Source: an uncultured Planctomycetota bacterium
GTDB taxonomy: Bacteria; Planctomycetota; Planctomycetia; Isosphaerales; Isosphaeraceae
Length of the DNA stretch: 64,000 bases
Direction of reading: 5' to 3'
Assembly: GCA_963737655.1 (NCBI GenBank)
Contig: CAVTTN010000002.1
Coordinates: 5,728,001 to 5,792,000 of the forward strand
Part shown: positions 9,611-19,564 of the stretch, one piece after another
Position numbering within the stretch: the first letter of the stretch is position 1
Layout: every line of letters starts with the position of its first letter
Notes under the pieces: generated by a model
Seen by the model: only the letters and a program-made list of their open reading frames with translations
The model's database searches: none
What the model was told of the DNA's origin: nothing
Program-made: the position numbers and the translations under genes

Positions 9611-11523
9611 ATGATCGGCAGGAACTCGCGGAATCGGACGTCCCCTTCCCTGGAAGACCTGGAAGGGCGGATGCTCCTCAGTGCGAAGGCCTACGACTCT
9701 CACGGGCAAACGATCCACGACAAGGACCAGCTCCGCTACTTCACCCAGTTGAAGAACCACGTCCCGCTGTCGGATCGGCGGATCGCGTACACGACGCCCC
9801 AGGGCACGAAGGTCCAGTTGACGCTCTACGGTTTCGGCTCGCTCGCCGGGACGACCGTGGCCTCCGACGGGTCGCTGGACCTGGTCTATTCCAAGACCAA
9901 TTCCAGCTCGAAGATCGTCGGCCATACCACCGGGGGCACGGGCCGGGCCCCCCTGGCCAGCATCCGCGACGCCGCCGTGCCGGCCCGCAGCGCCACGGTC
10001 CTGGGCAGCGAGGCCCTGGCCGTGGTCAACCTCAAGCACTTCGACCTGAATTCGGGCGGATATATCAACATCGAGGGCGGCATCGGCACCCTCGCCCTCG
10101 GATCGGCCGGCCCGAACTCGCAGATCCACGTCTCCTCCATCGCCACGAGCTCCACCACGCAAACCACCACCTCCTCGACGGCCGCCGTGGTCCTGGGGAC
10201 GACGACCTCGACGACCGGGACGACCACGACGACCTCCACCGGCTCGACCACGACCTCGGCGGCCACCGGCCTGACCAGCGGGACCGGCTCGGGCGTGCCG
10301 TCGATCGGCACGAACAACCTGACCACCGGCACCGGCACCTCGTCCACCGGCTCCACGACGACCAGCACCTCGACCGTCCCGGCCGGCGCCGAGATCTCGA
10401 TCCCGGTGATCAACGGGGCCCCCGGTCCGTCCCGCTGGGCGACCCGCAGATCTTCGGCTACGACACGCAGGCCGGCAGCCTGATCCGGTTCGACGCCACG
10501 ACCGGCGCGGTCCTCCAGACCATCCCCGTGCCGGTCCTGGGCCAGCCGATCGCCGGGGCCGGGCTCGCCCGGGACGACGGCCAATTGGTCGTCCTGGTCG
10601 GCTTCGGCACCACGATCGAGGCGTTCGACGTCGTGACCGGCGCGCCCGTCGGCCAGTTCTCGACGGCCGACCTGACGGCCGACGGCCTGAACCGGGTCGA
10701 TGGCATCGGCTCCAACGACACCCAGACGTTCGTCTCCGACGCGACGGCCGGGACCAACGGCTCGATCTTGCAGATCAACGTGACGGCCAGCCTCGCCTCG
10801 GGCCACGCCGTGGCCGTCGGCACCGCGTTCTCGCCGGGCCGCGAGTTCGAGCTCTCCGGCGGGCTCTCGGGAGTCGCCGGGACCAACACGATCTACGCCA
10901 CCGGGGCCGCCCACTTCGACCAGTTCGTGCCCGACCAGGTGGAGGAAGGCATCCTCGGATTCCTGCCCAGCCGGACCGGGACCGACACCGAAGTCTCCCG
11001 CCTGGCGATCAATGGGGCCAACGGCGACCCGATCATCGTCGGGCCGCCGGGGTCGGCCAAGTCGAACCCGACGATGGCTCTGGGAAGCGTCGGCGCCAAC
11101 CTCGCGCTGGATACCGGAGTGACCAACGGCGAGAACGTCGTGGCCCTGATCAACCCCTCGACCAACGCCGCCGCCGGGACGATCCTGCTCCAGGACGGCC
11201 ACCTCCTGGCCGGGCTCAGCGAGAGCTTCCACCCGGAACTCGTCAACGGCGTGATCATCGACGTCTCGAACAACCTCCGCCGGTTCGTCGGCACCCAGGC
11301 CACCGGCCTGGTCCTCAGCGCCGGAGGGGCGGTGAACCTCGTCCAGATCGGCTCGGCCACCGACACCGCCGTCCTCGGCCGACCGCTCAACCACGTGAAC
11401 ATCCCCAGGCGCCAGAACGTGATCCTCCAGTCCACCGCCCGGGGCAACCTCGGCGTCGGCACCCGGGGCGGAGTCACGGTCAAGGCCATCTCCCGCGCCC
11501 CCGGCCCGTTGACCCTGCCCTGA
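9611..11523 (+). CDS. Extracellular LEPR-XLL-type protein with Thr/Ser-rich linker; frameshift in C5 run at 10419-10423
   Basis: N-terminal PSLEDLEGRMLLS motif; two well-coded frames join as INGAPRSVPLGDPQIFGY if one C is added. Confidence 0.7.
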
Positions 11524-11684
11524 TCCCGCGATCGTGGAGGTCGCGCGATCTCCCGGCGAAGAACCGATGAAGATCGGCCGATCCGCCCCGCCGGCCCTTG
11601 ATCGCCCCCCCCGAATTTCCGAATCTCGACGCCCTGGATGACTCGGGGCACGATGATATCGGGCAAGGCAAGCCAAGGGGGCGG

Positions 11685-12716
11685 ATGATGCGGCGGGTGA
11701 TCGCGGTTCTTCTGGTGGGCGCGGCGGTGTCGGCGCGGGGCGATGAGATCGTCGTCGAGTCGGCCTCGGCCCGGACTCCGATCCTGGCGGCGGACCCGGC
11801 GCCCGGCCGGGATGGGCTGGACCCGAAGATCGAGGCGTCGGCCGTCGAGCCGATCGGCGAGGGGAGCCTCCTGCTCGTCGCCGACGACAAGACGCCCGGC
11901 CTGGTCGTCGTCGATCGCCGGACCGGCCGGCGGGTGGGCTCGCCCCTGTCCCTGGGCCAGGCGGCCGAGGGGCCGATCGCGCCGAAGTGGGAGGGCATGG
12001 CCCGCGACGGCGAGACCTTCTACGTGATCGGCTCGCACTCGGGCAAGAAGGCCGCCGAGAGACGGGCCCACGCCCGGCTCGTCCGGTTCCGCCTGGCCTC
12101 GACCCAACCTCCGGCCATCGACGCCAGCTCGGTCGAGACGCTGGACCTGGCGACCTCGTTGGCCGAGGTCGAGGGGTTCCGGCCCGAGGGGGAATCCAAG
12201 GCCGACGACCCGGTGAAGATCGAGGGGCTGACCATCCGGCCCACGGCCAGGGGCCGCGAACTCTGCATCGGGCTGAGGAAGCCCAACGCCACGATCCGCG
12301 CCTATGCCGCCGACCTGCCCGAGTCCCCCGGCCAGCACTCGCCCCTCAAGCTCCGCCGCCTGTTCGACTTCGAGGATGCCCCGGTCGGCGAGGTCCGCCG
12401 CGAGCTCGGCTCCCTCGAATACTGCCCCGAGTGGAAGGGCTTCTTCGTCGTCACGCTCTGCGAGGACGAGGCCAACCACTTCGACGAGAACGTGTTGTGG
12501 TTCCTCCCCGACTCCGACATCGCCTCGACCGGCCTCTCGAAGCCGACCAAGGTCTGGGCGTTCGCCCGAGGCTTCAAGTGCGAGGGGCTGGCCGTGTTGC
12601 CGGCGAAGCCCGACGCCCCGAAGCTCGACCTGATCCTCTCCTTCGACAACGACGCCGCCACCACCAAGATGCCCAGCCTGGTCCAGACCATCACCCTGGG
12701 CCGCAAGGCGAAATAA
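11685..12716 (+). CDS. Secreted DUF3616-like beta-propeller protein
   Basis: Signal peptide; EASAV, WEGMA...YVIGSHS, KIEGL, IGLRKP and KCEGL motifs. Confidence 0.65.
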   Translation: MMRRVIAVLLVGAAVSARGDEIVVESASARTPILAADPAPGRDGLDPKIEASAVEPIGEGSLLLVADDKTPGLVVVDRRTGRRVGSPLSLGQAAEGPIAPKWEGMARDGETFYVIGSHSGKKAAERRAHARLVRFRLASTQPPAIDASSVETLDLATSLAEVEGFRPEGESKADDPVKIEGLTIRPTARGRELCIGLRKPNATIRAYAADLPESPGQHSPLKLRRLFDFEDAPVGEVRRELGSLEYCPEWKGFFVVTLCEDEANHFDENVLWFLPDSDIASTGLSKPTKVWAFARGFKCEGLAVLPAKPDAPKLDLILSFDNDAATTKMPSLVQTITLGRKAK

Positions 12717-12730
12717 GGTCGGTAGGCTGG

Positions 12731-12811
12731 GTGACGGGAGAAAGCCGTCGGTGTCGGATCGATTTTCCGCCGGGGAAAATCGATCCGACACCGACGGCTT
12801 TCCCCCGTCAC
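12731..12811. repeat. Long inverted repeat (~37-bp arms) between convergent genes; contains the stop codon of the CRTAC1 gene
   Basis: GTGACGGGAGAAAGCCGTCGGTGTCGGATCGATTTTCC...GGAAAATCGATCCGACACCGACGGCTTTCCCCCGTCAC. Confidence 0.9.
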
Positions 12812-15192
12812 CGCCCCTTGCCGACGGCGCGGAACGTGTCGGCCCCCTCGGTGATCTCGATGGCCTGATCGGCGTTGAGGTTGCGGAAGGTCTGCGAGGT
12901 CTTGCTGGTGGGCCAGGTCACGCGGAGCTCGGCCACCTGGGCGTCGTCCTTCAGGCCGATCGACTCCACCAGGCTGTTGCCGCCGAAGCTGGAGTTGTTG
13001 CCGATCGTCCGGTGGATCGACCGGGTCCGGCCGTCGGCCGAGCGGATCACGGCTTCGAGATGGGCGCCGATCGCCGATCGGTTCGTCCTGGTCCCGATCA
13101 GCTTGACCTGGAGCCAGTGACGCCCGTGGCCGGGGTTCTTGAACAGGAGGTTGTACGAGCGGTCGCCCGGGACGGCCCCGCCGGCCTCGACGAAGAAATC
13201 CAGGTCGCCGTCGCCGTCGAAGTCGGCGAACGAGACGCCGTGGCCTTTCTGCAAGTGCCCGGTGCCGCTTGAGGTCGTGGCGTCCGCGAACTTCTGGCCG
13301 TCGATGTTGATGAACAATCGGTTGGGGACGAGGTGCTCGAACGACATCCCGCCGGTGCCGAGATAAAGGTCCAGGTCGCCGTCGTTGTCGAGGTCGGCGA
13401 AGTTGCAGCCCATGGGGGTCATCCCGTGGTCCAGGCCCACCTCCCTGGTGAGGTCGGCGAAGCCCTGGGGGCCGAGGTTGCGGTAGAACCGGGGCCGGCT
13501 GGTCCGGGAGACGGGCAGGCCGAGGTAGCTGGCCAGCTCCTCGGCGAGCGAATACATGTTTTCGTTGACGTAGAGGTCCAGCTTGCCGTCATTGTCATAA
13601 TCCCAGAACCAGACGGCGAAGCTCGCGTCGGCGCCGAGGGCGCCGAGCTCGGCGGCCTTGTCCACGAACTTCCCGCCCCCTTCGTTGTGATACAGGCGGC
13701 ACGGGCCCACGATATTGGAGACGTACAGGTCGAGCTTGCCGTCCCCGTCGTAGTCGCCCCAGGCCGAGCCCTTGGAGCAGATCTCGGCGGCGACTCCGGC
13801 GGAGGCGGCGACGTCCTCGAACGTGCCGTCGCCCCGGTTGTGGTAGAGCCGGCAGCGGTTGCGGGGGTCGCCGTCGGACTTGCCCGGGATGCCCGAGGGC
13901 GGGAGGAACTCCCCGCAAACGAAGACGTCCAGGAGACCGTCGTCGTCGTAGTCTCCCCAGGCCGCCGACTCGCTGGAGATCGGCAGGCCGAGCCCGGAGG
14001 GGATCGTCACGTCCTCGAACGAGCCGTCCCCCTTGTTCCTCAGGAGGCTCATCCGCAGCGGCTTTTCCCACGCGCCTCGGAGCAGGAGTAAATCGAGGTC
14101 GCCGTCATTGTCGTAGTCGGCCCGGGTCAGGTTCAGGACGTAGACCTGATCGGTGATCCCGGCCTTGTCGGAGTGGTCCTCGAAGGTGCCGTCGCCCCGG
14201 TTCAGGAAGAGCGAGGCGCCTCGATCGACGTCCAGCGAGGTGGTGAAGAGGTCGGGTCGGCCGTCGCCGTTGAAGTCGTCAAAGATGCTGCCGCCCGCCT
14301 GGTTCGGCCCCCGGAGGGTCAGCCCGGCGGCCGAGGCCACGTTCTCGAACCGGCCGACGTCGGCCGCGGAGGCGAAGGGTTCGAGCGAGATCAGGTATTT
14401 GGGGGGGACCTTGGCGGGGTATTCGCCCAGGGTCATGTAGGCGAGGTTCAGGAGCCACCTGACGCGGAGGTCGCCCGGGGCCTCGTCGAGATAGCCGGTG
14501 AACCGGAGGATCGCCTCGCGAGAGCCGGCCGGGACGGTGTGGGCGGCTTCGGGGGAGATGGGGAAGATGCAGGACGAGGGCCCCACGCATTCGATGCAAT
14601 TGGCCACCTCGCCCCGCCTCATGGCGACGATCCCCAGCAGGGCCATCAGGTCGAGCCGGGCGGCGGTGGGCAGGGCCGGCGAGGACCGGGCCAGGGCCAA
14701 ATCCTTCTCGAAGACGCCGGTGGCGTCGTCGAATCGGCCCTCGTACATGGCCAGGAGCCCGAGGTTGCGGCGGACGGCCAGGGCATAGGCGATCTCCCCG
14801 GCCGGGGCCCGGGGGCCGACGTGGAGCCGATCGACCTCGGCCTCCATCACCCCTCGGGCCAGCTTCGGGCGGTTCAACAGGGCCTGGCGGATCGCCCCGA
14901 GGTCGCTCGGGTCGTGGATCGTCCCGGTGAATTCGTTCGCCAGGCCCACCCCGCCATCCTCGAACCCCTGGGTCGTGAGGAAGATCCCGGGCTTTCGGGC
15001 CGGCTCCGGCGCCGAGGCGGCCGGACCCGGCGCGGGAGCCTCCGGGCGATCGGGCGGCGGGGCCTCCGCCGGGGACGATCGGGCGACTTTCGAGGCCCCT
15101 TCCGGGCCCATCGACGCCAGCCACACCACCCCTCCGGCCGCCGCCGCCAGGCAAACCAGGCCCACGAGGAGGATCTGGATCGGAGAACGCAT
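12808..15192 (-). CDS. CRTAC1-family protein (FG-GAP/VCBS repeats plus ASPIC/UnbV domain)
   Basis: Repeated DYDNDGDLD/DFDGDGDLD motifs; GHLQKGHG; C-terminal WLQVKLIG...NRSAIGA. Confidence 0.9.
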   Translation of the reverse strand: MRSPIQILLVGLVCLAAAAGGVVWLASMGPEGASKVARSSPAEAPPPDRPEAPAPGPAASAPEPARKPGIFLTTQGFEDGGVGLANEFTGTIHDPSDLGAIRQALLNRPKLARGVMEAEVDRLHVGPRAPAGEIAYALAVRRNLGLLAMYEGRFDDATGVFEKDLALARSSPALPTAARLDLMALLGIVAMRRGEVANCIECVGPSSCIFPISPEAAHTVPAGSREAILRFTGYLDEAPGDLRVRWLLNLAYMTLGEYPAKVPPKYLISLEPFASAADVGRFENVASAAGLTLRGPNQAGGSIFDDFNGDGRPDLFTTSLDVDRGASLFLNRGDGTFEDHSDKAGITDQVYVLNLTRADYDNDGDLDLLLLRGAWEKPLRMSLLRNKGDGSFEDVTIPSGLGLPISSESAAWGDYDDDGLLDVFVCGEFLPPSGIPGKSDGDPRNRCRLYHNRGDGTFEDVAASAGVAAEICSKGSAWGDYDGDGKLDLYVSNIVGPCRLYHNEGGGKFVDKAAELGALGADASFAVWFWDYDNDGKLDLYVNENMYSLAEELASYLGLPVSRTSRPRFYRNLGPQGFADLTREVGLDHGMTPMGCNFADLDNDGDLDLYLGTGGMSFEHLVPNRLFINIDGQKFADATTSSGTGHLQKGHGVSFADFDGDGDLDFFVEAGGAVPGDRSYNLLFKNPGHGRHWLQVKLIGTRTNRSAIGAHLEAVIRSADGRTRSIHRTIGNNSSFGGNSLVESIGLKDDAQVAELRVTWPTSKTSQTFRNLNADQAIEITEGADTFRAVGKGR

Positions 15193-15223
15193 CGGGTCAT
15201 CCCTCGAACGAGACGGGCCGCTC

Positions 15224-16837
15224 TCAGTGGCGATTTTCCAGGACCGAGTAGCCGAGCTGATAATTCCAGTTCACGATACCCTTCCAGTCCGATTCATATT
15301 GATTGGCGTTCTGGCCATCGACGGGCACCAGGGGGAGCCAGAGGCCGGGCTTGAGCGGGGCGAGGCGATGGATGGCGGTCAGGTAGTCGATGGTGGCCTC
15401 CCGGGAGGCGGCCAGGTCGGTCTCCAGGGCCTCGGTCATCGCCGGTTCGGCCTGGGAGGGGACCGTCCCGGAGAAGAGGACCGCGTGGCCCGCCCACGGG
15501 ACGAGATAGGCCGTCTCCCCGCCACCCCGGCTCCCCAGAGGGATCACCTGGACGTCGATCGGGAGGACCGCCCGGATTTCCTCGGCCGGCACCACCGAAC
15601 CCGCCGGGCACGCCTTGCGGACCTTCTCCAGCGCCTCCGACGGCGCCACGACCCTCGCCCGGCCGCCGGTCGCCTCGATCGTCTCGGTCAAAGCGCCCAG
15701 ATCCTCCGAATTCGCCGAGGTCAGCACCACGGCCGAGATCTCGGCGGCCGAAACCCCCAGGAGTCGAAGCCGCTCCGCCACAAAATTGGGCAGTCCCGCC
15801 CCGCCGGGGGCGTTGACCACCGCCAGTTTCCCGCCCGCCCGGAGCGCATAAACGGCCTTTCCCTGGCGATCACCCAGGTAATACAGGTCGGGCAGGAGGA
15901 CTTTCGGGACCCCATCGAGGAAATCCGGCCCGTCGGCCCGATAGCGGGCCAGGAGCGTCTCCAGCTCCCGGATGCCCTCGTCCAGCATCGCCTCCCATTG
16001 CGACTGGGAAAGCCGGGGACTCTGCGGCTCGGGGTCCGACCGCGGATGCCCCGGCAAGACCAGATCCGGCACCGGTATGGCCCGCAATTTACGCAAACTT
16101 TCCAGATACGCGCCCGCATCGCCGCGATACCGAGGTGCCAGGCCCGCCGAATACGTCCCCAACGGCTTCCGCCCCCCCGGGAATCGCGGGACGTCCCCCA
16201 TAAGCATCGAGATCACGTCGCCCGCGAACAGAATCCGCAGGCCCCCCCGTTCCATCAAGTACCCCATACTACCCGGAGTATGGCCAGGGAGGCCCAGGAC
16301 GCGGATCGTGACCTCGCCGAAGCGAAGGACCTCGCCTCCGGAAAGCTCCACGTCCACCGGGGTGGGGTGGGGCGAGTGGTTGGGCATGTAGAAGACGCTG
16401 AAGAAGGCGGGCCGCGAGGTTCCGGCGCGGATTGGAGGCGCATCCTCCTTGCCGGCATAGATTTTCGCCCCGACGGTTTCGCGCAAGTATCCAGCCCCGC
16501 CGACGTGGTCGCCGTGGACGTGGGTGATCAGGATCGCCCGGACATCTTTCCAGGACAGTCCCAGCTTCCTCATTTGCGCCTTCACCGGGCCGGCGTCGCT
16601 CTCCAGTCCCGAGTCGATCAGGACGATCCCCGCGGAGGTCTCGACCGCGTAAACGGTGGAGGGGGCGAGGCTTCCGAGCATGTGGACGCCCGGAACGAGG
16701 GTCAGGGCCGAGGGGGCCAGGGTCGGGACGGCCTCGGGATCGAGGTGCCAGCGATGCCCCAGGGCCACGCCGCCCATCGCCAGGAGCAGAGCGGCGCCTC
16801 GCAAGGTCCAGCGGAGCCGTCGAGAGGTGCGAATCAT
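15224..16837 (-). CDS. MBL-fold metallo-hydrolase with a second, degenerate MBL domain
   Basis: LITHVHGDHVGG, PGHTPGS, FAGD and LPGH in the N-domain; the C-domain has LTSANSEDLG and LFSG without metal ligands. Confidence 0.85.
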   Translation of the reverse strand: MIRTSRRLRWTLRGAALLLAMGGVALGHRWHLDPEAVPTLAPSALTLVPGVHMLGSLAPSTVYAVETSAGIVLIDSGLESDAGPVKAQMRKLGLSWKDVRAILITHVHGDHVGGAGYLRETVGAKIYAGKEDAPPIRAGTSRPAFFSVFYMPNHSPHPTPVDVELSGGEVLRFGEVTIRVLGLPGHTPGSMGYLMERGGLRILFAGDVISMLMGDVPRFPGGRKPLGTYSAGLAPRYRGDAGAYLESLRKLRAIPVPDLVLPGHPRSDPEPQSPRLSQSQWEAMLDEGIRELETLLARYRADGPDFLDGVPKVLLPDLYYLGDRQGKAVYALRAGGKLAVVNAPGGAGLPNFVAERLRLLGVSAAEISAVVLTSANSEDLGALTETIEATGGRARVVAPSEALEKVRKACPAGSVVPAEEIRAVLPIDVQVIPLGSRGGGETAYLVPWAGHAVLFSGTVPSQAEPAMTEALETDLAASREATIDYLTAIHRLAPLKPGLWLPLVPVDGQNANQYESDWKGIVNWNYQLGYSVLENRH

Positions 16838-17118
16838 GGATACCCGGATTTCCTACGCCCGCCGCCCGGCCCGAGGAGGGCCCGGTGACGTCTCATGCAA
16901 CCGACAGGCCGGACATCCGGGGGGAGGCGGGGCCGACGGTCCGGTGCGCCGCCCACTGGACATGGATCAGCGTCATCCGAGCCGAGCCCGGCGGAACAAT
17001 CCCGAACGGTGGCCGAACTCCCGGCCGCCTCTCGGATCGCCCCCGGCCCCTTGACCGGATCGGCCCGGTCGTCGAAAACGGAGAGGGCCCGCTCCGACCC
17101 TCCGGAACCCTCCCACCG

Positions 17119-17667
17119 ATGAGCCCTGCCCGCCGCCTCCTGGTCCTCGCCCCGATCGCCCTGGCCCTGGCCGGCTGCGCGGGGGGCGAAGACGTCTCGA
17201 CCCGATCGATCGCCAACGCCCGGAGGACCTGGGAGGCGGCGAGGGTCCGAAATTACGACCTGGAGTGGACCAGCTCCGGGGCGAGGGACGGCCATTACCT
17301 CGTGACGGTCCGAGGTGGCCAGGTCCTCTCGATCAAGTCGATCGTCCGCGACCGGAGGACCGGCGAGGCCCGGGAAGTCGAAGCCAGGCCCGGGGATAAG
17401 AGCTATTATGGGGTCGAGGGCCTGTTCAAGGTCCTGGAGGAGGAGAGGGCGCAACTGGACCAACCCGAACCGTTCGGTCGTCCCCGGGGGGCGAGCACCC
17501 TCCTGAGGTTCACGCCCGACCCGAAGTTCGGCTACCCGTCGCGGTATCGGAGGGACGTGGCCGGCAGCCCCCGGGGGCTGGCGATCGACGTGGTTCGGTT
17601 CGTGCCCAATCCCTCGGCCCCCGCCCCCGCCCCCGTCTCCACCCCGGCACCGCCCTCGTCGCGATGA
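17119..17667 (+). CDS. DUF6174-like lipoprotein
   Basis: LALAGC lipobox; W...NYDLEW, VEGLF and DPKFGYP pattern. Confidence 0.65.
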   Translation: MSPARRLLVLAPIALALAGCAGGEDVSTRSIANARRTWEAARVRNYDLEWTSSGARDGHYLVTVRGGQVLSIKSIVRDRRTGEAREVEARPGDKSYYGVEGLFKVLEEERAQLDQPEPFGRPRGASTLLRFTPDPKFGYPSRYRRDVAGSPRGLAIDVVRFVPNPSAPAPAPVSTPAPPSSR

Positions 17668-17691
17668 GCCTCGCCGACTGCGAAAGAACCC

Positions 17692-18516
17692 ATGTCACGA
17701 TCGCGCCAACCGGTTCGTTCCGACCCCCCGGCCGACCCCTCGGCCGAGGCCGCCCGGGCCCAGGGCCGCCAGTGGGGCCGCCACGCCGCCCGATACGACG
17801 ACGTCTTCCTCGACCCGTTCCGCCCCGGGGTCGAGAACCCCATCCCCGCCGCGCTGAAGGCCATCCCCGACCCGAAATCCAAATCCGTGATCGACCTGGG
17901 ATGCGGGACCGGGCCCCTCCTGCCCCTCCTCGTGAAGCGGTTCGGCGAGGTCGTCGCCCTGGACTTCGCCCCGGCCATGATCCGACGGGCCAAGGAGCGG
18001 TTCGGCCCGTCCGCCGCCAAGGTCCGATTCCTCGCCCGGCCGATGGACGACCTCGACGACCTGGCCGGGCGGTTCGACGCCGCCGTGGCCATGAATTCCC
18101 TGGTCATGCCCGACGTCCGCCTGATCGACCGAACCCTCGTCGCCATCCGGGCTTGCCTGAAGCCCGACGGCCGGTTCCTCGGCGTGGTCCCCTCGATCGA
18201 CGCCTTGCACTACCATACAATGCTCCTGATCGACCGCGAGATCGACGCCGGCAAGCCCCCCGAGGAGGCCGAGAGGCTCGCCGCCTTCCACGGGGAGCAC
18301 CATTTCTACGACTTCGCCTTCGGCAAGTTCCTCTTCCGCGGCCTGAAGCAGAAGTTCTGGCAGCCGTTCGAGATCGAGCATCGGCTCGCCCGAGCCGGGT
18401 TCCGCGAGATCGCCCTCGACAAGGTCCTCTACCCCTGGGACGAGCACGTCCCCGGAGGGGACGCCTTCGCCGAGGCCCCCAGAAGCTGGGACTGGGCCTT
18501 CTCCGCCAGCCCCTGA
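17692..18516 (+). CDS. Class I SAM-dependent methyltransferase
   Basis: VIDLGCGTG, ALDFAPAMI and LKPDGRF motifs. Confidence 0.85.
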   Translation: MSRSRQPVRSDPPADPSAEAARAQGRQWGRHAARYDDVFLDPFRPGVENPIPAALKAIPDPKSKSVIDLGCGTGPLLPLLVKRFGEVVALDFAPAMIRRAKERFGPSAAKVRFLARPMDDLDDLAGRFDAAVAMNSLVMPDVRLIDRTLVAIRACLKPDGRFLGVVPSIDALHYHTMLLIDREIDAGKPPEEAERLAAFHGEHHFYDFAFGKFLFRGLKQKFWQPFEIEHRLARAGFREIALDKVLYPWDEHVPGGDAFAEAPRSWDWAFSASP

Positions 18517-18540
18517 CACCCGCCCATGACCCGAAACCCC

Positions 18541-18589
18541 GTAGGGTGCATGAAATGCACCAGCAAGCGGCGGGCAAAGCCCGCCCACC
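18541..18589 (+). repeat. REP family B (GTAGGGTGCATGAAATGCACC) plus trailing GCGGCGGGC..GCCCGCCCACC hairpin
   Basis: Homologous copies at 29716-29793 (reverse) and 52938-53011. Confidence 0.85.
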
Positions 18590-18617
18590 ATCGCCTCCGC
18601 ACTCCCAACTCCGATTT

Positions 18618-18676
18618 GTAGGGCAGGCCTCGGCCTGCCGAGACTCGGCAAGACGGCAGGCCGAGGCCTGCCCTAC
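18618..18676. repeat. REP doublet, family A (GTAGGGCAGGCCTCGGCCTGCC)
   Basis: Inverted pair with GTAG feet; other copies at 25296, 31465 and 40331. Confidence 0.9.
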
Positions 18677-18727
18677 AAAACTCCGCACTCCGAGGCAGGC
18701 AACGCTCGAATCCCTCCGAGGCCCACG

Positions 18728-19042
18728 ATGGAACCCACCCCCTCCCGAGAGCAGGAACAATCCATCAAGGAGCGGAAGCAGCTCTTATATGACGAGGAGG
18801 AGCTGCCGCCGAGCGCCCCGGGCGACGCCATCCTGCGAAAGCCGTTCGCCCAGTACCTCCGCGAGGTCCCGGCCGCCCCGCTCTCGCTCCAGACCCGGGC
18901 GATCCTCTGGGCGCTGGGCGTCGTGATCGCCGTGCTGCTCGGCGGGGCGATCCTGAAGTCGACGAGGCCGAAGGTCAAGGCGGAGAGCACCAGGGAGCAA
19001 AGCATGACGATCCCATCATTCTCGATCGGACGCCTCGCCTGA
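18728..19042 (+). CDS. Small hypothetical single-TM protein
   Basis: GAGG RBS; hydrophobic segment AILWALGVVIAVLLGGAIL; GC3 bias. Confidence 0.65.
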   Translation: MEPTPSREQEQSIKERKQLLYDEEELPPSAPGDAILRKPFAQYLREVPAAPLSLQTRAILWALGVVIAVLLGGAILKSTRPKVKAESTREQSMTIPSFSIGRLA

Positions 19043-19265
19043 ACCGACCCGGCCGACCACGCCGACCGACCGGGCCGCTCGCGACGACGTCTCCAACCCA
19101 TCATCGCGGCCCACCCCCTCGCGCGATCGCGAGAAATCCGCGCCCCCTCGCCGCGAGGGACGCTCCGCCCCATGACCAGGACCGCGCCCCGGGCCTCGAA
19201 AATCGGCAACCGGGGCCATCGCCGGCCATCGCCGGCCGTTCCGCAATTCGTTGTGACCTAAAGAC

Positions 19266-19480
19266 CTTGCGACGATGCACGAGACACATCAAAGCGTGCA
19301 CGTAAATCTGCTTGCACGCGTCGTTGCGCGCGCCAAATGCCTTGTTTTCGTGGCGAAACCCGCGATTCCGACCGAAAAGTGTCGTCAACTTGGCCCGGAG
19401 TGTTGTCCAGTTCGTCGCCGACGGGGCCTGGCATCGGCCACACTTGTTATTTTCCAACATATATTTACTACGCAAGAAAA
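19266..19480. other. Low-GC noncoding element, copy 1 (homologous to 63264-63450)
   Basis: Exact 19-mer CGAAAAGTGTCGTCAACTT at 19373, with colinear upstream motifs shared with copy 2. Confidence 0.65.
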
Positions 19481-19564
19481 CGGCCCGACGGCCCGCGAGG
19501 AGGTGTCCCCGCGGGCCGTCGGCCCGTCCGCGAATGGATGGCTGGATGCTTGCTGATCCCCGGC

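Noticed and set aside
19450..19480. dif-like site (TGCG...TATGTT on the minus strand)
   Set aside because: The spacing between half-site motifs is 3 nt shorter than in canonical dif, and the XerD arm matches poorly.
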